A stretch of DNA of 64,000 bases from Candidatus Poribacteria bacterium (GCA_965222225.1 CBDCTK010000002.1:5376001-5440000), one strand, 5' to 3'; shown: positions 10,574 to 20,550, counted from the stretch's first letter. Made by a program: numbers and translations. Notes: generated by a model not told the origin, from the letters alone.

Positions 10574-10774
10574 GGACCTGTTTGAAGATCTAGTTGGAGT
10601 AGGGTGCGCACTGTGTTCAAGCGAGTGGATAACGAGTGCGACGGAGATTTCTATTCAATCATCAAATCGAAAATGGGATCTTGACAGGCGATAGCAGGTG
10701 ACAACAGAAACATGAAAAAAGCCCCTCCTCAAATGACCAAAAATGGCCTTGTCACCTATTATTCAAACATACTC
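10574..10774. mobile_element. MITE-like element (same family as 1229-1470) with a REP and a degenerate hairpin unit (10615-10651)
   Basis: GGACCTGTTTGAA ... TTCAAACATACTC; shared 3' segment AAATGACCAAAAATGGC...TTATTCAAAC. Confidence 0.6.
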
Positions 10775-10779
10775 AGAGA

Positions 10780-11340
10780 CTACGGCGAGTTTTTCAGTTT
10801 ATTTCCGAACTCTTTCTTTAATTTCTCCAGCTTGGGATTAATGGCAATCTGGCAATACGGTTGATATGAGTTTAGGGCATAATAATTCTGGTGATATTCT
10901 TCCGCAACGTAGAATTCGGCGGCGGGCACAATCTCGGTAACAATCGGATTCTGCCACAATCCTGCAGCGTCCGTCTCCCGTTTGGAATTTTCCGCGCCTG
11001 TTTTCTGTTTTTCATTGTGATAGATAATCGCCGAGCGGTACTGTGTACCGACATCTGCGCCTTGCCGATTCAAAGTAGTCGGATCGTGCGTTCGCCAGAA
11101 GACGTGGAGTAAGTCCGAGAAGGATATAACCCCGGGATCAAATGTGATTTGTACCACCTCTGCATGACCGGTCATTCCTGTACAAACCTGTTGATACGAC
11201 GGGTTTTGAACCGTACCCCCGGCATATCCGGAGATAACTTCATGCACACCCTTCAATTCTAGAAAAACCGCTTCAACGCACCAAAAACACCCGGCCCCGA
11301 GCGTTGTCGCCTCCAACTGATCTGACATTGTCTTCATCAT
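10780..11340 (-). CDS. msrA: peptide-methionine (S)-S-oxide reductase
   Basis: GAGCFWC, SGYAGG, TGHAEVV, NRQG.DVGTQYRS, AEEYHQNY. Confidence 0.97.
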   Translation of the reverse strand: MMKTMSDQLEATTLGAGCFWCVEAVFLELKGVHEVISGYAGGTVQNPSYQQVCTGMTGHAEVVQITFDPGVISFSDLLHVFWRTHDPTTLNRQGADVGTQYRSAIIYHNEKQKTGAENSKRETDAAGLWQNPIVTEIVPAAEFYVAEEYHQNYYALNSYQPYCQIAINPKLEKLKKEFGNKLKNSP

Positions 11341-11426
11341 CCTTCCACTTCACATCCCGAATATCCTGTTTGAAATTCAATTTGGAATAGCCCGAATTGC
11401 TCCGAAACCGAGTATTTTCCTGAAAA

Positions 11427-11463
11427 GAGATCTCTATCGCACTCCTTATTCAGTCGCTTGATC
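11427..11463 (-). repeat. single hairpin unit, the only one on the minus strand
   Basis: Reverse complement reads GTAGCAACC-GATCAA-GC GA CT GAATA AG GA GT-GCGATAG-AGATCTC. Confidence 0.9.
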
Positions 11464-11663
11464 GGTTGCTACATCCCTTCCATTCTTCCCATCTTCCATC
11501 CTTCTCCATTCTCTTTTCTATTGAACTCCAAATCCATCTCTGTTAAAATTCACGCAGTCGTCTTGTATAATGAATACACACCAGCTTGTTACTAATACCA
11601 TTTCGCTTGAATAATAGTGCATATGATGTTTTGATTATATCATTCACTTTCTCCGTAGGCGGG

Positions 11664-11719
11664 GATCAAACGAGTGAACAACGATCAACTGAGTGATTAA
11701 CGAAGGCGATAGAGATCCC
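11664..11719 (+). repeat. 5' unit fragment plus a complete hairpin unit in a GTAG REP
   Basis: GTAGGCGGG-GATCAA...AGATCCC-CTTGCCCCGCC. Confidence 0.88.
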
Positions 11720-11844
11720 CTTGCCCCGCCGACTTTGCGCGGAGATAAGACTTCCTACTCTGCCCATACAATTTTCTTTACTTAATCCGCGTAATCAATG
11801 CACTTGAATTTTAGAGAAGTGGTATAATCTGTCATGAGGAAAAA

Positions 11845-13146
11845 ATGCTAGAGCACAATACCCCGCGAGCGTTTCACGTGATGACGAAACCGATAGGACC
11901 AATCTGTAACCTCGATTGCGAATACTGTTTCTACCTGGATAAGGAAAAACTCTATCCGAAAACGCGCTCCTTCCGGATGACAGATGAAATCTTGGAAAAC
12001 TATGTCCGCCAATACATTGAGGCACAGCAGGTAAACGAAATCACCTTCGCCTGGCAAGGCGGCGAACCAACGCTGATGGGAGTCGATTTTTTCCGACGCG
12101 CTGTTGAATACCAGCAAAAATATCGGCGTGCGGGCACTCACATCCAGAACACATTTCAAACCAACGCTACTCTCATTGACGATGAGTGGGCGGTTTTTCT
12201 CAAGCGAAACAAGTTCTTGGTTGGCGTCAGCATTGACGGTCCGCCCGAAATACACGATAAATACCGATATGACAAAGGTGGAAGACCATCCTCCCACGAT
12301 GTTCTTAGAGGACTTGAGTTCTTTCAGAAACACCGCGTGGATTACAACGTGCTCTGTGTATTGAACCGTTACAATGCAGACTATCCGCTTGAGTTGTATC
12401 GCTATTTCAAGAAGATAGGCGCCCAATTCATTCAATTTATCCCGGCTGTCGAACATTTCACCGGCACACAAGTCTCCGAGCTCTCGGTCCAAGCCAAGCA
12501 ATACGGTAAGTTTCTTTGCGCCGTCTTTGACGAATGGGTTGTGAACGACATCGGGAAAATCTTCGTGCAAATCTTCGACATTGCACTTGAGGCATGGGTA
12601 GGCTATAATCCAAGCCTCTGCATTTTCAGCGAAACATGCGGCGATGCGATGGCGATTGAGCACAACGGCGATCTCTACTCGTGCGACCACTTCGTTTTTC
12701 CGGAATACCATCTTGGAAATGTTGCCGACACGCCAATTGAAGAGATGGTGGATTCACCGTTCCAGAGAAAATTTGGGACAGACAAGCGAGACACGCTGCC
12801 CCAATACTGCCGAGACTGCGAAGTCCGTTTCGTATGCAACGGCGGATGTCCGAAGAATCGCTTCATCAAGACGCCTTCCGGCGAGGATGGGTTGAATTAC
12901 CTTTGCGCCGGCTACAAGATGTTCTTCAACCATATCGACGAACCGATGAAACTGATGGCAACCGCCCTACAAGCCGGAAAACCCGCCGATAGCGTTATAC
13001 CCCTGATGCGAGAAAAGAAACACGGACCAGTCTCATCAAGTCGGATCCAAACTGCAACGACACCCCAAAGAGTTGGGAGAAACTCACCCTGTCCATGCGG
13101 TAGCGGCAAGAAATACAAACAATGCTGCCTGGGAAACAGCACATAG
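11845..13146 (+). CDS. anaerobic sulfatase maturase (radical SAM/SPASM) with C-terminal SEC-C motif
   Basis: CNLDCEYC, WQGGEP, SPASM cysteines (YSCDH, CRDC..C.GGC), GRNSPCPCGSGKKYKQCC; extended -10 TGGTATAAT at 11820-11828. Confidence 0.95.
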   Translation: MLEHNTPRAFHVMTKPIGPICNLDCEYCFYLDKEKLYPKTRSFRMTDEILENYVRQYIEAQQVNEITFAWQGGEPTLMGVDFFRRAVEYQQKYRRAGTHIQNTFQTNATLIDDEWAVFLKRNKFLVGVSIDGPPEIHDKYRYDKGGRPSSHDVLRGLEFFQKHRVDYNVLCVLNRYNADYPLELYRYFKKIGAQFIQFIPAVEHFTGTQVSELSVQAKQYGKFLCAVFDEWVVNDIGKIFVQIFDIALEAWVGYNPSLCIFSETCGDAMAIEHNGDLYSCDHFVFPEYHLGNVADTPIEEMVDSPFQRKFGTDKRDTLPQYCRDCEVRFVCNGGCPKNRFIKTPSGEDGLNYLCAGYKMFFNHIDEPMKLMATALQAGKPADSVIPLMREKKHGPVSSSRIQTATTPQRVGRNSPCPCGSGKKYKQCCLGNST

Positions 13147-13248
13147 GTCCTTGTCAGACGCTTAACGACACTCACGCGCTTGGCATTAGAACTCTCCGTA
13201 TGTAACCAACCACCACCTTCCAAACTCACTTATCCGTTCCGCCGCCCG

Positions 13249-13932
13249 TCAACCGAAATGCCTCCGTGCGTATCCTAACCTCTCCGGTTCTCCGATATCT
13301 ATCCAATCAATCTTCGTGTTCAGCACATATAAGTTCGGTACATGCGGAAAAACATCCCGTTCGATGGAAAAAACATCCCGATTCGGGAAGTACCCCGTAA
13401 TTGACTGTGACAGCAGATATATTGCTCCGTTGGCATACCCTGACCGTTTCGTCGCCTGTTTTTCATGAAAGGCGATAACCCTCCCACTTTCATCCGACAC
13501 AATCTCGCCATAGGAACTGATGTTTTCAGCAAACACGCCAAGTAGCAATCCATCCATTTCTGAGCGAAAATTCCGCGACAAATTGGAAAGCGGAAAATCC
13601 TTCAGTAAAATGTCGCCGTTCAGCAAAAAAAACGGCGAGGAGGAAACATACGGCATCGCGTTCTTTATTGCGCCGCCCGTTCCGAGCCTCGTTTCTTCCC
13701 TCGCATAGTGAATGCGTATCCCCTGATTCCTCTCGCCGACCGCGGAGTAGAGCACATCATGAAGGTGTCCCGATGCTAGGACAACCTCATCAACACCGGC
13801 TTCCTTCAAGAGACGGAGTTGGTAATCAAGCACCGTACAGTCGCCTATTTCCAGCAAAATCTTCGGCACATGCTCCGTGATGCTACCCAACCGCGATGAC
13901 AACCCGCCGCAGAGAATAATTGCTTGCACCAA
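13249..13932 (-). CDS. sugar-phosphate nucleotidyltransferase (NTP_transferase, HddC-like)
   Basis: AIILCGGLSSRL, VPK.LL, LGTGGA, LNGD, WIDIG.PE. Confidence 0.9.
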   Translation of the reverse strand: MVQAIILCGGLSSRLGSITEHVPKILLEIGDCTVLDYQLRLLKEAGVDEVVLASGHLHDVLYSAVGERNQGIRIHYAREETRLGTGGAIKNAMPYVSSSPFFLLNGDILLKDFPLSNLSRNFRSEMDGLLLGVFAENISSYGEIVSDESGRVIAFHEKQATKRSGYANGAIYLLSQSITGYFPNRDVFSIERDVFPHVPNLYVLNTKIDWIDIGEPERLGYARRHFG

Positions 13933-13959
13933 TACCCTCTATCATCCCGAACCAATTTT

Positions 13960-13980
13960 GTAGGGTGCGCACTGCGCACC
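13960..13980 (+). repeat. intact GTAG-type REP palindrome GTAGGGTGCGCACTGCGCACC
   Basis: Same 21-mer at 30803, 35935, 42430, 54260 (1 mismatch) and 61424; a degenerate hairpin unit follows at 14004-14051. Confidence 0.85.
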
Positions 13981-14174
13981 AGCCTTTAAAAGCGACGGTG
14001 TGCGATCAACCGAGCGAATAACAAGCACGACAGTGTTTCCATAGAGATTCCACCAGCCTTTGAAAGCGCGAGCGGTGCGATTGGTATATCACATGTATTG
14101 CAGGCGACAACCAAAGCGTGAAAAGACCTCTCCCAAAATGCCCAAAAAATAGCTTTGCCGCCCATTACACACAG

Positions 14175-14558
14175 TTACTCCTCCGCCACAAATTCAAAGG
14201 CATTTTGAATGTGTTCAAGTTTAGTGGGTGTAGACTTTGAGGAAAGGAAAACCGCAACAACATCAAAGCGGCAGGGAACATCCAATAGATTGTTGGCTTG
14301 GAGATAGCTCAGCGCGAGTTTGGATATCTGTTTCTGCTTGGCAGGCGTAACAGCCGCCTGCGGAACTCCAAATTTGAGGGTGCGCCGCGTTTTAACTTCC
14401 ACAAACACAATTCGCTTTCCCTGTTTGACAATAAGATCTATTTCACCGGAGCGCGAGCGGTAGTTACGCTCAAGAATTTGATAACCCCGGTCCGTGAGGT
14501 ATTCAGCGGCGAGTTCCTCTCCAATTCTCGCAACCTCTTTAGACTGATTCATTACCAA
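14175..14558 (-). CDS. yraN: YraN family (UPF0102) putative endonuclease
   Basis: GEELA..YL, ILERNYR...GEIDLI, VFVEVKTR, CRFDVV. Confidence 0.95.
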   Translation of the reverse strand: MVMNQSKEVARIGEELAAEYLTDRGYQILERNYRSRSGEIDLIVKQGKRIVFVEVKTRRTLKFGVPQAAVTPAKQKQISKLALSYLQANNLLDVPCRFDVVAVFLSSKSTPTKLEHIQNAFEFVAEE

Positions 14559-14586
14559 TCCCTACGCCTCAGCTTCCATTACACAT

Positions 14587-15240
14587 CTAACACATGTCGG
14601 AGATAGGTTTGAAACTGCGCCGGTGAATGGGACAAGGCCCGTGCTGGGCAATTGCCTGAAGATGCTGAGCCGTGCCATAACCCTTATGTTGTCGAAAGCC
14701 GTATCCCGGATAGATTTCGTCGAATTCAACCATCAATCGATCTCGCGTTACTTTTGCGATGATCGATGCCGCGGCAATGGACTGGCTGAGAGAGTCGCCT
14801 TTCGGAATCGCTTGTGCAGGTGTAGAAATGCGGGGAAGTTGTGTGCCATCGACAAGCACATAATCCAGGGGTGGGACTATTTGTTCTACCGCATCTTGCA
14901 TTGCCTGCAGCGTAGCCTGCAGGATGTTCACTTTGTCGATAACTGTATTGCTAATGTGACTGACCTTTACCGCAATCGAAGTGCGCTGAATCTCGTCATA
15001 TAAGCGATCGCGTTGCTTTGGCGTCAACTGCTTTGAATCTGTCACCCCTTGGATGACGCAATCCACAGGAAGAATTACCGCCGCTGCTACCACCGGACCG
15101 GCTAACGGGCCACGTCCGGCTTCGTCAATGCCAGCAATGTGTCGATAACCTTCTCTTTGTAAAGCCAGTTCAATCTCTTGAATCTCGTAGTCACCTTCCC
15201 ATTCTGCTGCACTGGTGGCGAGTCGTCCCGGCATCGACAC
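14587..15240 (-). CDS. rnhB: ribonuclease HII
   Basis: AGIDEAGRGPLAGPVVAAA, DSK.L, VDG, IAAASIIAKVTRD, HKGYGT, HRRSF. Confidence 0.97.
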   Translation of the reverse strand: MSMPGRLATSAAEWEGDYEIQEIELALQREGYRHIAGIDEAGRGPLAGPVVAAAVILPVDCVIQGVTDSKQLTPKQRDRLYDEIQRTSIAVKVSHISNTVIDKVNILQATLQAMQDAVEQIVPPLDYVLVDGTQLPRISTPAQAIPKGDSLSQSIAAASIIAKVTRDRLMVEFDEIYPGYGFRQHKGYGTAQHLQAIAQHGPCPIHRRSFKPISDMC

Positions 15241-15367
15241 AACTTCACACCCAAAACCAAAGATTAAGAACCCGTTGGAAAACTCATTTCGAGTAGAACC
15301 ACCGCTCTGAAACTAACCTTTATTCAAGATTAAATCCCTGCACCAGTCTTTGCAAGCCCCAGAGTGG

Positions 15368-15404
15368 GATCAACTGAGCGGATAGCGAAGGCGATAGAGA
15401 TCTT
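15368..15404 (+). repeat. single hairpin unit
   Basis: GATCAA-CT GA GC GGATA GC GA AG-GCGATAG-AGATCTT after AAGCCCCAGAGTGG. Confidence 0.9.
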
Positions 15405-15733
15405 AAAGGTTGGAGGATGTTAGAATCCGCCGGCGACTTTTCCCGATGCATCGGGCTGGGTGAAACACGAGTTCGAGTCTACAGGGAAGACTTTTTCAAT
15501 GGCCAACCAAAAAGACTAGATGGTTAAAACTTCACCCGCTTTTCTGGAACACTTGATTGACACCGTCTGTTGTACTGCTTAAATGTACAAAGTCAAACTA
15601 AGACCTCGCCCTTTCATCTGTGCTAAAATCTGTAACGGTCAGGCAGATATGAGACACTCCGAACTGTTCCCCTCCCGACCCTACGGAAACAAACTCCTGC
15701 GATTGGTGACGCATTGCAAAGCGTAGGGGTTGG

Positions 15734-15840
15734 GATCAACTGACTGGATAAGGAAGGATCAAGGGAATGGATAATGACCGATCAAGCGAATGAATAATGA
15801 GCGCGATAGCAAATCCCAATAGAACTCCCATAGAGATCCC
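15734..15840 (+). repeat. three nested hairpin units in the loop of REP GGTTGGG/CCCAACC
   Basis: Three 5' halves followed by three 3' tails. Confidence 0.92.
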
Positions 15841-15962
15841 CCCAACCCGTTGGGTGCGGTATTCGCATTGGGAGGTGTTTCACATAAATGTCAACACGCC
15901 CTAATACAACTTTCCCCAAAACCCGCTGCGAGTAAGATTGCGCTAAGGCAGGCGGTACGAAA

Positions 15963-16322
15963 TCACTTCTGCGTTGCGAAGCGCCTTCGTTCGCGAACTC
16001 TTGCCGAATTTCCGGTTCTATCTCGCAGATAGTACAATTTGGCGCGTCGCACCGCGCCATATCGGAGCACCTCGATACTCTCGATGTTCGGCGAATGTAA
16101 TGGAAAAGTTCTCTCACTCCCTTCTCCAAAAGCCACACGTCGGACCGTAAAAGTTTCACTTAAGCCACCATTGGAGCGGCCTATCACTGTTCCCTCGTAT
16201 GCCTGAATACGTTCCTTCTCGCCCTCCCGAATCTTTGTGTTGACTCGCACCATATCACCTGGGCCGAATTCCGGGAAACCCTCCTTTATATACTCGCTCT
16301 CGACAGATTCAATTAGGTTCAT
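15963..16322 (-). CDS. rplS: 50S ribosomal protein L19
   Basis: [39 protein letters not shown]. Confidence 0.98.
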   Translation of the reverse strand: MNLIESVESEYIKEGFPEFGPGDMVRVNTKIREGEKERIQAYEGTVIGRSNGGLSETFTVRRVAFGEGSERTFPLHSPNIESIEVLRYGAVRRAKLYYLRDRTGNSARVRERRRFATQK

Positions 16323-16449
16323 CGTTTGTCTATCCTTTCATTTGGTATTCTTTAAAATTCGGCTCACACGAGTTTTTCATTCATGGTGACGGCAGCGCAT
16401 GTATCCCAAAGAACGTCAATCGAAAAACTCGTCGAAATGCTTCAACGCA

Positions 16450-17184
16450 TCAAATAGATCCGTTGGTGCATGATGCGTGTAAAAAGTCGGTGTCTTCTTC
16501 CGTCAACTCAATTTCTTTGAGTAAGTCCGGACGTCGCGCGGCAGTTCGTCTCAGCGACTCCTCATACTTCCAGCGCATAATCTTCTCGTGGTGCCCGCTT
16601 AACAGAACCTCGGGTACCTTCATTCCCTCAAAGTCTGCGGGACGTGTGTAGTGCGGGTGATCTAACAACTGTTGGCTAAAAGAATCGTACTGAGCCGATT
16701 CATAGTCGCCCAACACGCCGGGTAGCACCCGTCCAACTGCATCAACCAGTACAAGAGCTGGAATTTCTCCGCCACTCAGCACATAATCGCCAATAGAAAT
16801 CTCGTCTGTAACCAATTTCTGACGTACACGCTCATCAATCCCTTTATAGTGTCCGCAAATTAGAACTATGTGAGTTTCAAGGGAAAGTGCCTCGACAAGC
16901 CGTTGATTGCACGGCTTTCCTTGGGGAGTTAAATAAATGACGCGAGTGTTTGACTGTGGACTCAATGCCCTGATAGCTGCGAACAGTGGCTCCGGCTTTA
17001 GAATCATCCCTGCGCCGCCACCGTACGGATAATCGTCAACCGTTTGATGTCGATCGCTCGCAAAATCTCGGAGATTGTGAACGTTAACTGTCAAAAATCC
17101 TGCGTCTTGAGCGCGCTTTAAGATGCTCACTTGCAGGGCAGGGATTATAATCTCCGGAAACAGAGCAATGACGTCAATTTTCAT
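16450..17184 (-). CDS. trmD: tRNA (guanine-N1)-methyltransferase
   Basis: VDDYPYGGGAGMILKPEP, CGHYKGIDER, SIGDYVLSGGE, PHYTRP, VPEVLLSG. Confidence 0.98.
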   Translation of the reverse strand: MKIDVIALFPEIIIPALQVSILKRAQDAGFLTVNVHNLRDFASDRHQTVDDYPYGGGAGMILKPEPLFAAIRALSPQSNTRVIYLTPQGKPCNQRLVEALSLETHIVLICGHYKGIDERVRQKLVTDEISIGDYVLSGGEIPALVLVDAVGRVLPGVLGDYESAQYDSFSQQLLDHPHYTRPADFEGMKVPEVLLSGHHEKIMRWKYEESLRRTAARRPDLLKEIELTEEDTDFLHASCTNGSI

Positions 17185-17617
17185 CTGGTGTGATAGAAGT
17201 TTGCAGCGCCCACTCGTTAATCTGAATCACGCGTCCGTCCTTGACAATAATCTCCGCCTGAGACAGTTTGGAGCGAATGTCATCCCCCACCTCGATTTTC
17301 ACAGGTGCATCATATGTGCCGCTAGCGAAAAACGAATCAATTTCCAATTGTTTCACCTGACTGAGTTGTTGCTTAAGGTTTTCGAGCGCCTGTTCCTGCT
17401 TTCCGCGCTCTTGACTGATTTCCTCCCGCAACTGATTCACGCGATGAGGCATCTGCTTTTGCGCTTCGGCAATCAACCGGCGGCTCTGGAACTCTTCCTG
17501 TTCAAGCCACTGCCCGATTTGGCTTATCGCGTGCTCAAGCTCCTTGGTCAATTGCGACTTGAAACTCTCCGTGACGACATTTTTCAGTATTACCGGTCGC
17601 TTTACGATAACAGCCAT
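17174..17617 (-). CDS. ylqD: YlqD family protein
   Basis: KRPV..K.VVTE.FK N-terminus, coiled coil, VGD....L...EIIVKDG C-terminus; position in the ffh-rpsP-trmD cluster. Confidence 0.85.
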   Translation of the reverse strand: MAVIVKRPVILKNVVTESFKSQLTKELEHAISQIGQWLEQEEFQSRRLIAEAQKQMPHRVNQLREEISQERGKQEQALENLKQQLSQVKQLEIDSFFASGTYDAPVKIEVGDDIRSKLSQAEIIVKDGRVIQINEWALQTSITPDEN

Positions 17618-17779
17618 CTTCCACTCTCATCAATTCGGTGAGCAAAGCCAAGCAGCCTCGGCAGCTCGATCAAGACGATAAGGCGGTGAAAGTCTAACTT
17701 AATCACAATGTTTCCTTCCTTGCTTTCAGCTTCCATCTGGAAGAACTTAATCAATTTAGGCTTAAACTCCTGTCCCGCT

Positions 17780-18025
17780 TTACTCTTTACTGGACTCAAC
17801 GAGTTCAAGCACAATCCTTTTATTCGCCTTAATCCCTGAGGCAAACAAGATGTTCCGTATCGATTTGAGTGTACGCCCATGTTTGCCGATAATTTTTCCC
17901 AAGTCTTCCTCGGCAACGCTCAATTCGAGGATTGTCACCTTTTCCCCTACAACTTCATGGACTTTAACCTGATCGGGTTGATCTACGAGGGATGTTGCAA
18001 TATATTCAATCAGATCCTTGAACAT
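17780..18025 (-). CDS. khpA: KH-domain RNA-binding protein KhpA (YlqC)
   Basis: LIEYIA.SLVD.PD, DLGKIIGKHGRT. Confidence 0.93.
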   Translation of the reverse strand: MFKDLIEYIATSLVDQPDQVKVHEVVGEKVTILELSVAEEDLGKIIGKHGRTLKSIRNILFASGIKANKRIVLELVESSKE

Positions 18026-18111
18026 AAAATACCCTGAGCAACATATCCAATCTAGTGATTGTCGCTTATGCCGCGGCGAATAGATTCATTTCGGATTTCG
18101 GATTACAATTG

Positions 18112-18519
18112 TCAGTTGGATGATTCGCTCGGTGTTTCCGGCGTAGTGTCTGCGGATTCACTATCGTCTGCGGCAGAGGCTGTCTCATCTGTCGGCGGGG
18201 CGGCATCCCCCTCCGTCGAAGGCGGTTCCTCTTCTCGCGTCGGAACGGGCTTGCCCAAACGTTCCGCGGTAAACTTCTCCCAAATGCCGGCTCGCGATAA
18301 CAGGTTCTTTGCCGTGTCCGATGGCTGTGCCCCCCGTTTCAGCCACTTCAAGACCCTGTCTTCATCAATGACAACTTCAGCCGGGTCGGTTAATGGATTA
18401 TAATGACCTAAGCGTTCGAGAAACCGCCCATCTCGCTGAGCGCGTGCATCAGCAGCTACCAATCTGTAAAACGGACGTTTCTTTCTTCCGTGGCGTTGAA
18501 GTCTTATTCTAACAGCCAA
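18112..18519 (-). CDS. rpsP: 30S ribosomal protein S16 with acidic C-terminal extension
   Basis: [40 protein letters not shown]. Confidence 0.97.
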   Translation of the reverse strand: MAVRIRLQRHGRKKRPFYRLVAADARAQRDGRFLERLGHYNPLTDPAEVVIDEDRVLKWLKRGAQPSDTAKNLLSRAGIWEKFTAERLGKPVPTREEEPPSTEGDAAPPTDETASAADDSESADTTPETPSESSN

Positions 18520-18705
18520 AAATAACTTCCTCCTTATTGCGGTTATAGACTAAAAGACGTTTCAAACGTTCAATTAACTTGGAATAGTAGTAAGCATACT
18601 CCGTATGCCGTATCTCTTGTGCAAATTGTGATACGGCGGAGCGTGCCTATCACTGCTTACCGTTCGGCTTGGATTTCCGAATCCAAGCTTTGACAGATGG
18701 TTACT

Positions 18706-20088
18706 CTATCGTGACTTGCGCTTCTTCCGCCGCTTCAAGTTCTTCCGATTCTTTCCGGGTGACTTAAGTCCAATCTGCGGCATCCCCATCATTGTTGTCT
18801 GTTGCTTGACCATGCGATTCATAAACTTGAGTTGATCGAACAGTTGGTTGACTTGGCGAACATCGGTGCCACTTCCATTCGCAATCCGCATACGGCGGCT
18901 GCGATCAAGAATACTCGGATTCCCACGCTCCATTGGAGTCATGGACTGAATGATCGCCTTCGCATAATTCAGCTGATCTTCATCGGGCTTCATGCCCTTG
19001 ATTGGCAGCTTGTTCATGCCTGGAATCATGTCCATTAGCTGATCGAGAGGTCCCATGTTCTTGAGTTGCTCAAGCTGCATAAGCAAATCGTCGAAATCCA
19101 GCCCATGCTTTTGACTCAGTTTCCGTTCAAGTTCTTGCGCTTGGTCGTCGCTGAAGATGGTTTCCGCCCTTTCAAGCAAGGTCGCGAAATCACCTTCACC
19201 CAAGATGCGCGATGCCATGCGATCCGGGTGGAATTCCTCTAGCGCTGTCGGAACAATCTTCTCGCCAACCCCGACGAACTTAATCGGCTTGTGCGTCACG
19301 GCGCGAATCGAAAGCGCCGCGCCGCCGCGCGCATCGCCATCCAGCTTTGTGAGAACTACGCCGTCAATGTCCAAGCTATTATTGAAATGTTCGGCGATGT
19401 TCACCGCATCCTGTCCCGTCATCGCGTCAACAACGAGCAAGATTTCGGTCGGATTGACCTCAGCCTTTATGTTGCGGAGCTCCTCCATCAACTCTTCGTC
19501 AATCGCCAAGCGTCCCGCAGTGTCAACGATAACGAAGTTATTCCCGCGGTTTAGCCCCTGTTTAACAGCTTCATTTACAATGGCAACAGGAGAAACATCT
19601 GTTCCCATCGAAAACACTGGGACCTCAATCTGTTCACCAAGCACCTCCAACTGCTTAATCGCCGCTGGGCGGTAAACATCCGCTGCAACCAAAAGCGGAT
19701 TTCGACCTTCCGAACGAAATCTCAGTGCCAGTTTCGCAGCGGCGGTTGTCTTTCCGGAGCCTTGCAAGCCGACCATCATGACGACTGTTGGGCCGCTCGG
19801 TGCAATGTTAATCTTCGCCGCCTGAGTCCCCATCAACTTGGTCAGTTCGTCGCCTATAATCTTGGCAATCTGTAACTCCGGCGTTAAGCTGCCGAGCACC
19901 TGTTGACCGAGCGTTTGCTCCTTGACATCCTCTATGAAGTCGCGCGCGACCTTGAAGTTTACGTCCGCCTCTAGCAAAGCCCTGCGCACATCTCGCAGGG
20001 CATCGGCGACGTTCTTCTCTGTCAGCTTGCCTTGACCCGCAATCTTCTTTAAGGTGCTCTGCAACCGCTCGGTCAAACTTTCAAACAT
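18706..20088 (-). CDS. ffh: signal recognition particle protein
   Basis: ALLEADV, GLQGSGKTT, DTAGR, TKLDGDARGGAALS, M domain RIANGSG. Confidence 0.98.
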   Translation of the reverse strand: MFESLTERLQSTLKKIAGQGKLTEKNVADALRDVRRALLEADVNFKVARDFIEDVKEQTLGQQVLGSLTPELQIAKIIGDELTKLMGTQAAKINIAPSGPTVVMMVGLQGSGKTTAAAKLALRFRSEGRNPLLVAADVYRPAAIKQLEVLGEQIEVPVFSMGTDVSPVAIVNEAVKQGLNRGNNFVIVDTAGRLAIDEELMEELRNIKAEVNPTEILLVVDAMTGQDAVNIAEHFNNSLDIDGVVLTKLDGDARGGAALSIRAVTHKPIKFVGVGEKIVPTALEEFHPDRMASRILGEGDFATLLERAETIFSDDQAQELERKLSQKHGLDFDDLLMQLEQLKNMGPLDQLMDMIPGMNKLPIKGMKPDEDQLNYAKAIIQSMTPMERGNPSILDRSRRMRIANGSGTDVRQVNQLFDQLKFMNRMVKQQTTMMGMPQIGLKSPGKNRKNLKRRKKRKSR

Positions 20089-20096
20089 TAATTTCT

Positions 20097-20486
20097 CTAG
20101 CTCCGCGCTTCATCACCGTATTGTGACTGAGGAAAGTCAATCAAACTGTGAAGACGTTGTTTGATATACTGAATTGTTTCCCTTTTCTTTGTGCCAACAA
20201 TGTCGGTTTCCAGTGCTTGTAGTCGCTCCAACACATCCGTAACTACGCCCCGTTGATGTTGGAAACTGGCTAACAACCCAAGCTCGTTCTCAAAGCGTTC
20301 AAGGCACATCTCTGAGGATCGAATCGAATCATACACCGCTTGCCGAGAGATTCTGAACCTTTCGGAAATCTCTCCCAATGACAAATCTTCCTCATAATAC
20401 AGACTGAGAAATTCTCGCTGCTTTTCCGTCAACAGATTACTGTAAAAATCTGACAGCAAGACGTACTTAAGTTTGTCTATTGACAA
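20097..20486 (-). CDS. ylxM: YlxM family helix-turn-helix protein
   Basis: DFY..LLTEKQ...L.LYY.EDLSLGEI......SRQAVYD; directly upstream of ffh. Confidence 0.92.
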   Translation of the reverse strand: MSIDKLKYVLLSDFYSNLLTEKQREFLSLYYEEDLSLGEISERFRISRQAVYDSIRSSEMCLERFENELGLLASFQHQRGVVTDVLERLQALETDIVGTKKRETIQYIKQRLHSLIDFPQSQYGDEARS

Positions 20487-20550
20487 GTGGAATATCTCCT
20501 GATGCTATTCCGCGTAGCATTCCAATTAACGGTGATGTTGAACCAATGAT

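Noticed and set aside
11848-12711. Long antisense ORFs (also 26324-27265, 36446-37213, 38116-38715)
   Set aside because: Shadows of well-supported genes on the opposite strand with no recognisable motifs
15368-15404. Unit as an integron attC site, intrinsic terminator or known small ribozyme
   Set aside because: No RYYYAAC/GTTRRRY boxes, no U-tract, no hammerhead or group II intron domain V core recognised, and orientation is unrelated to transcription
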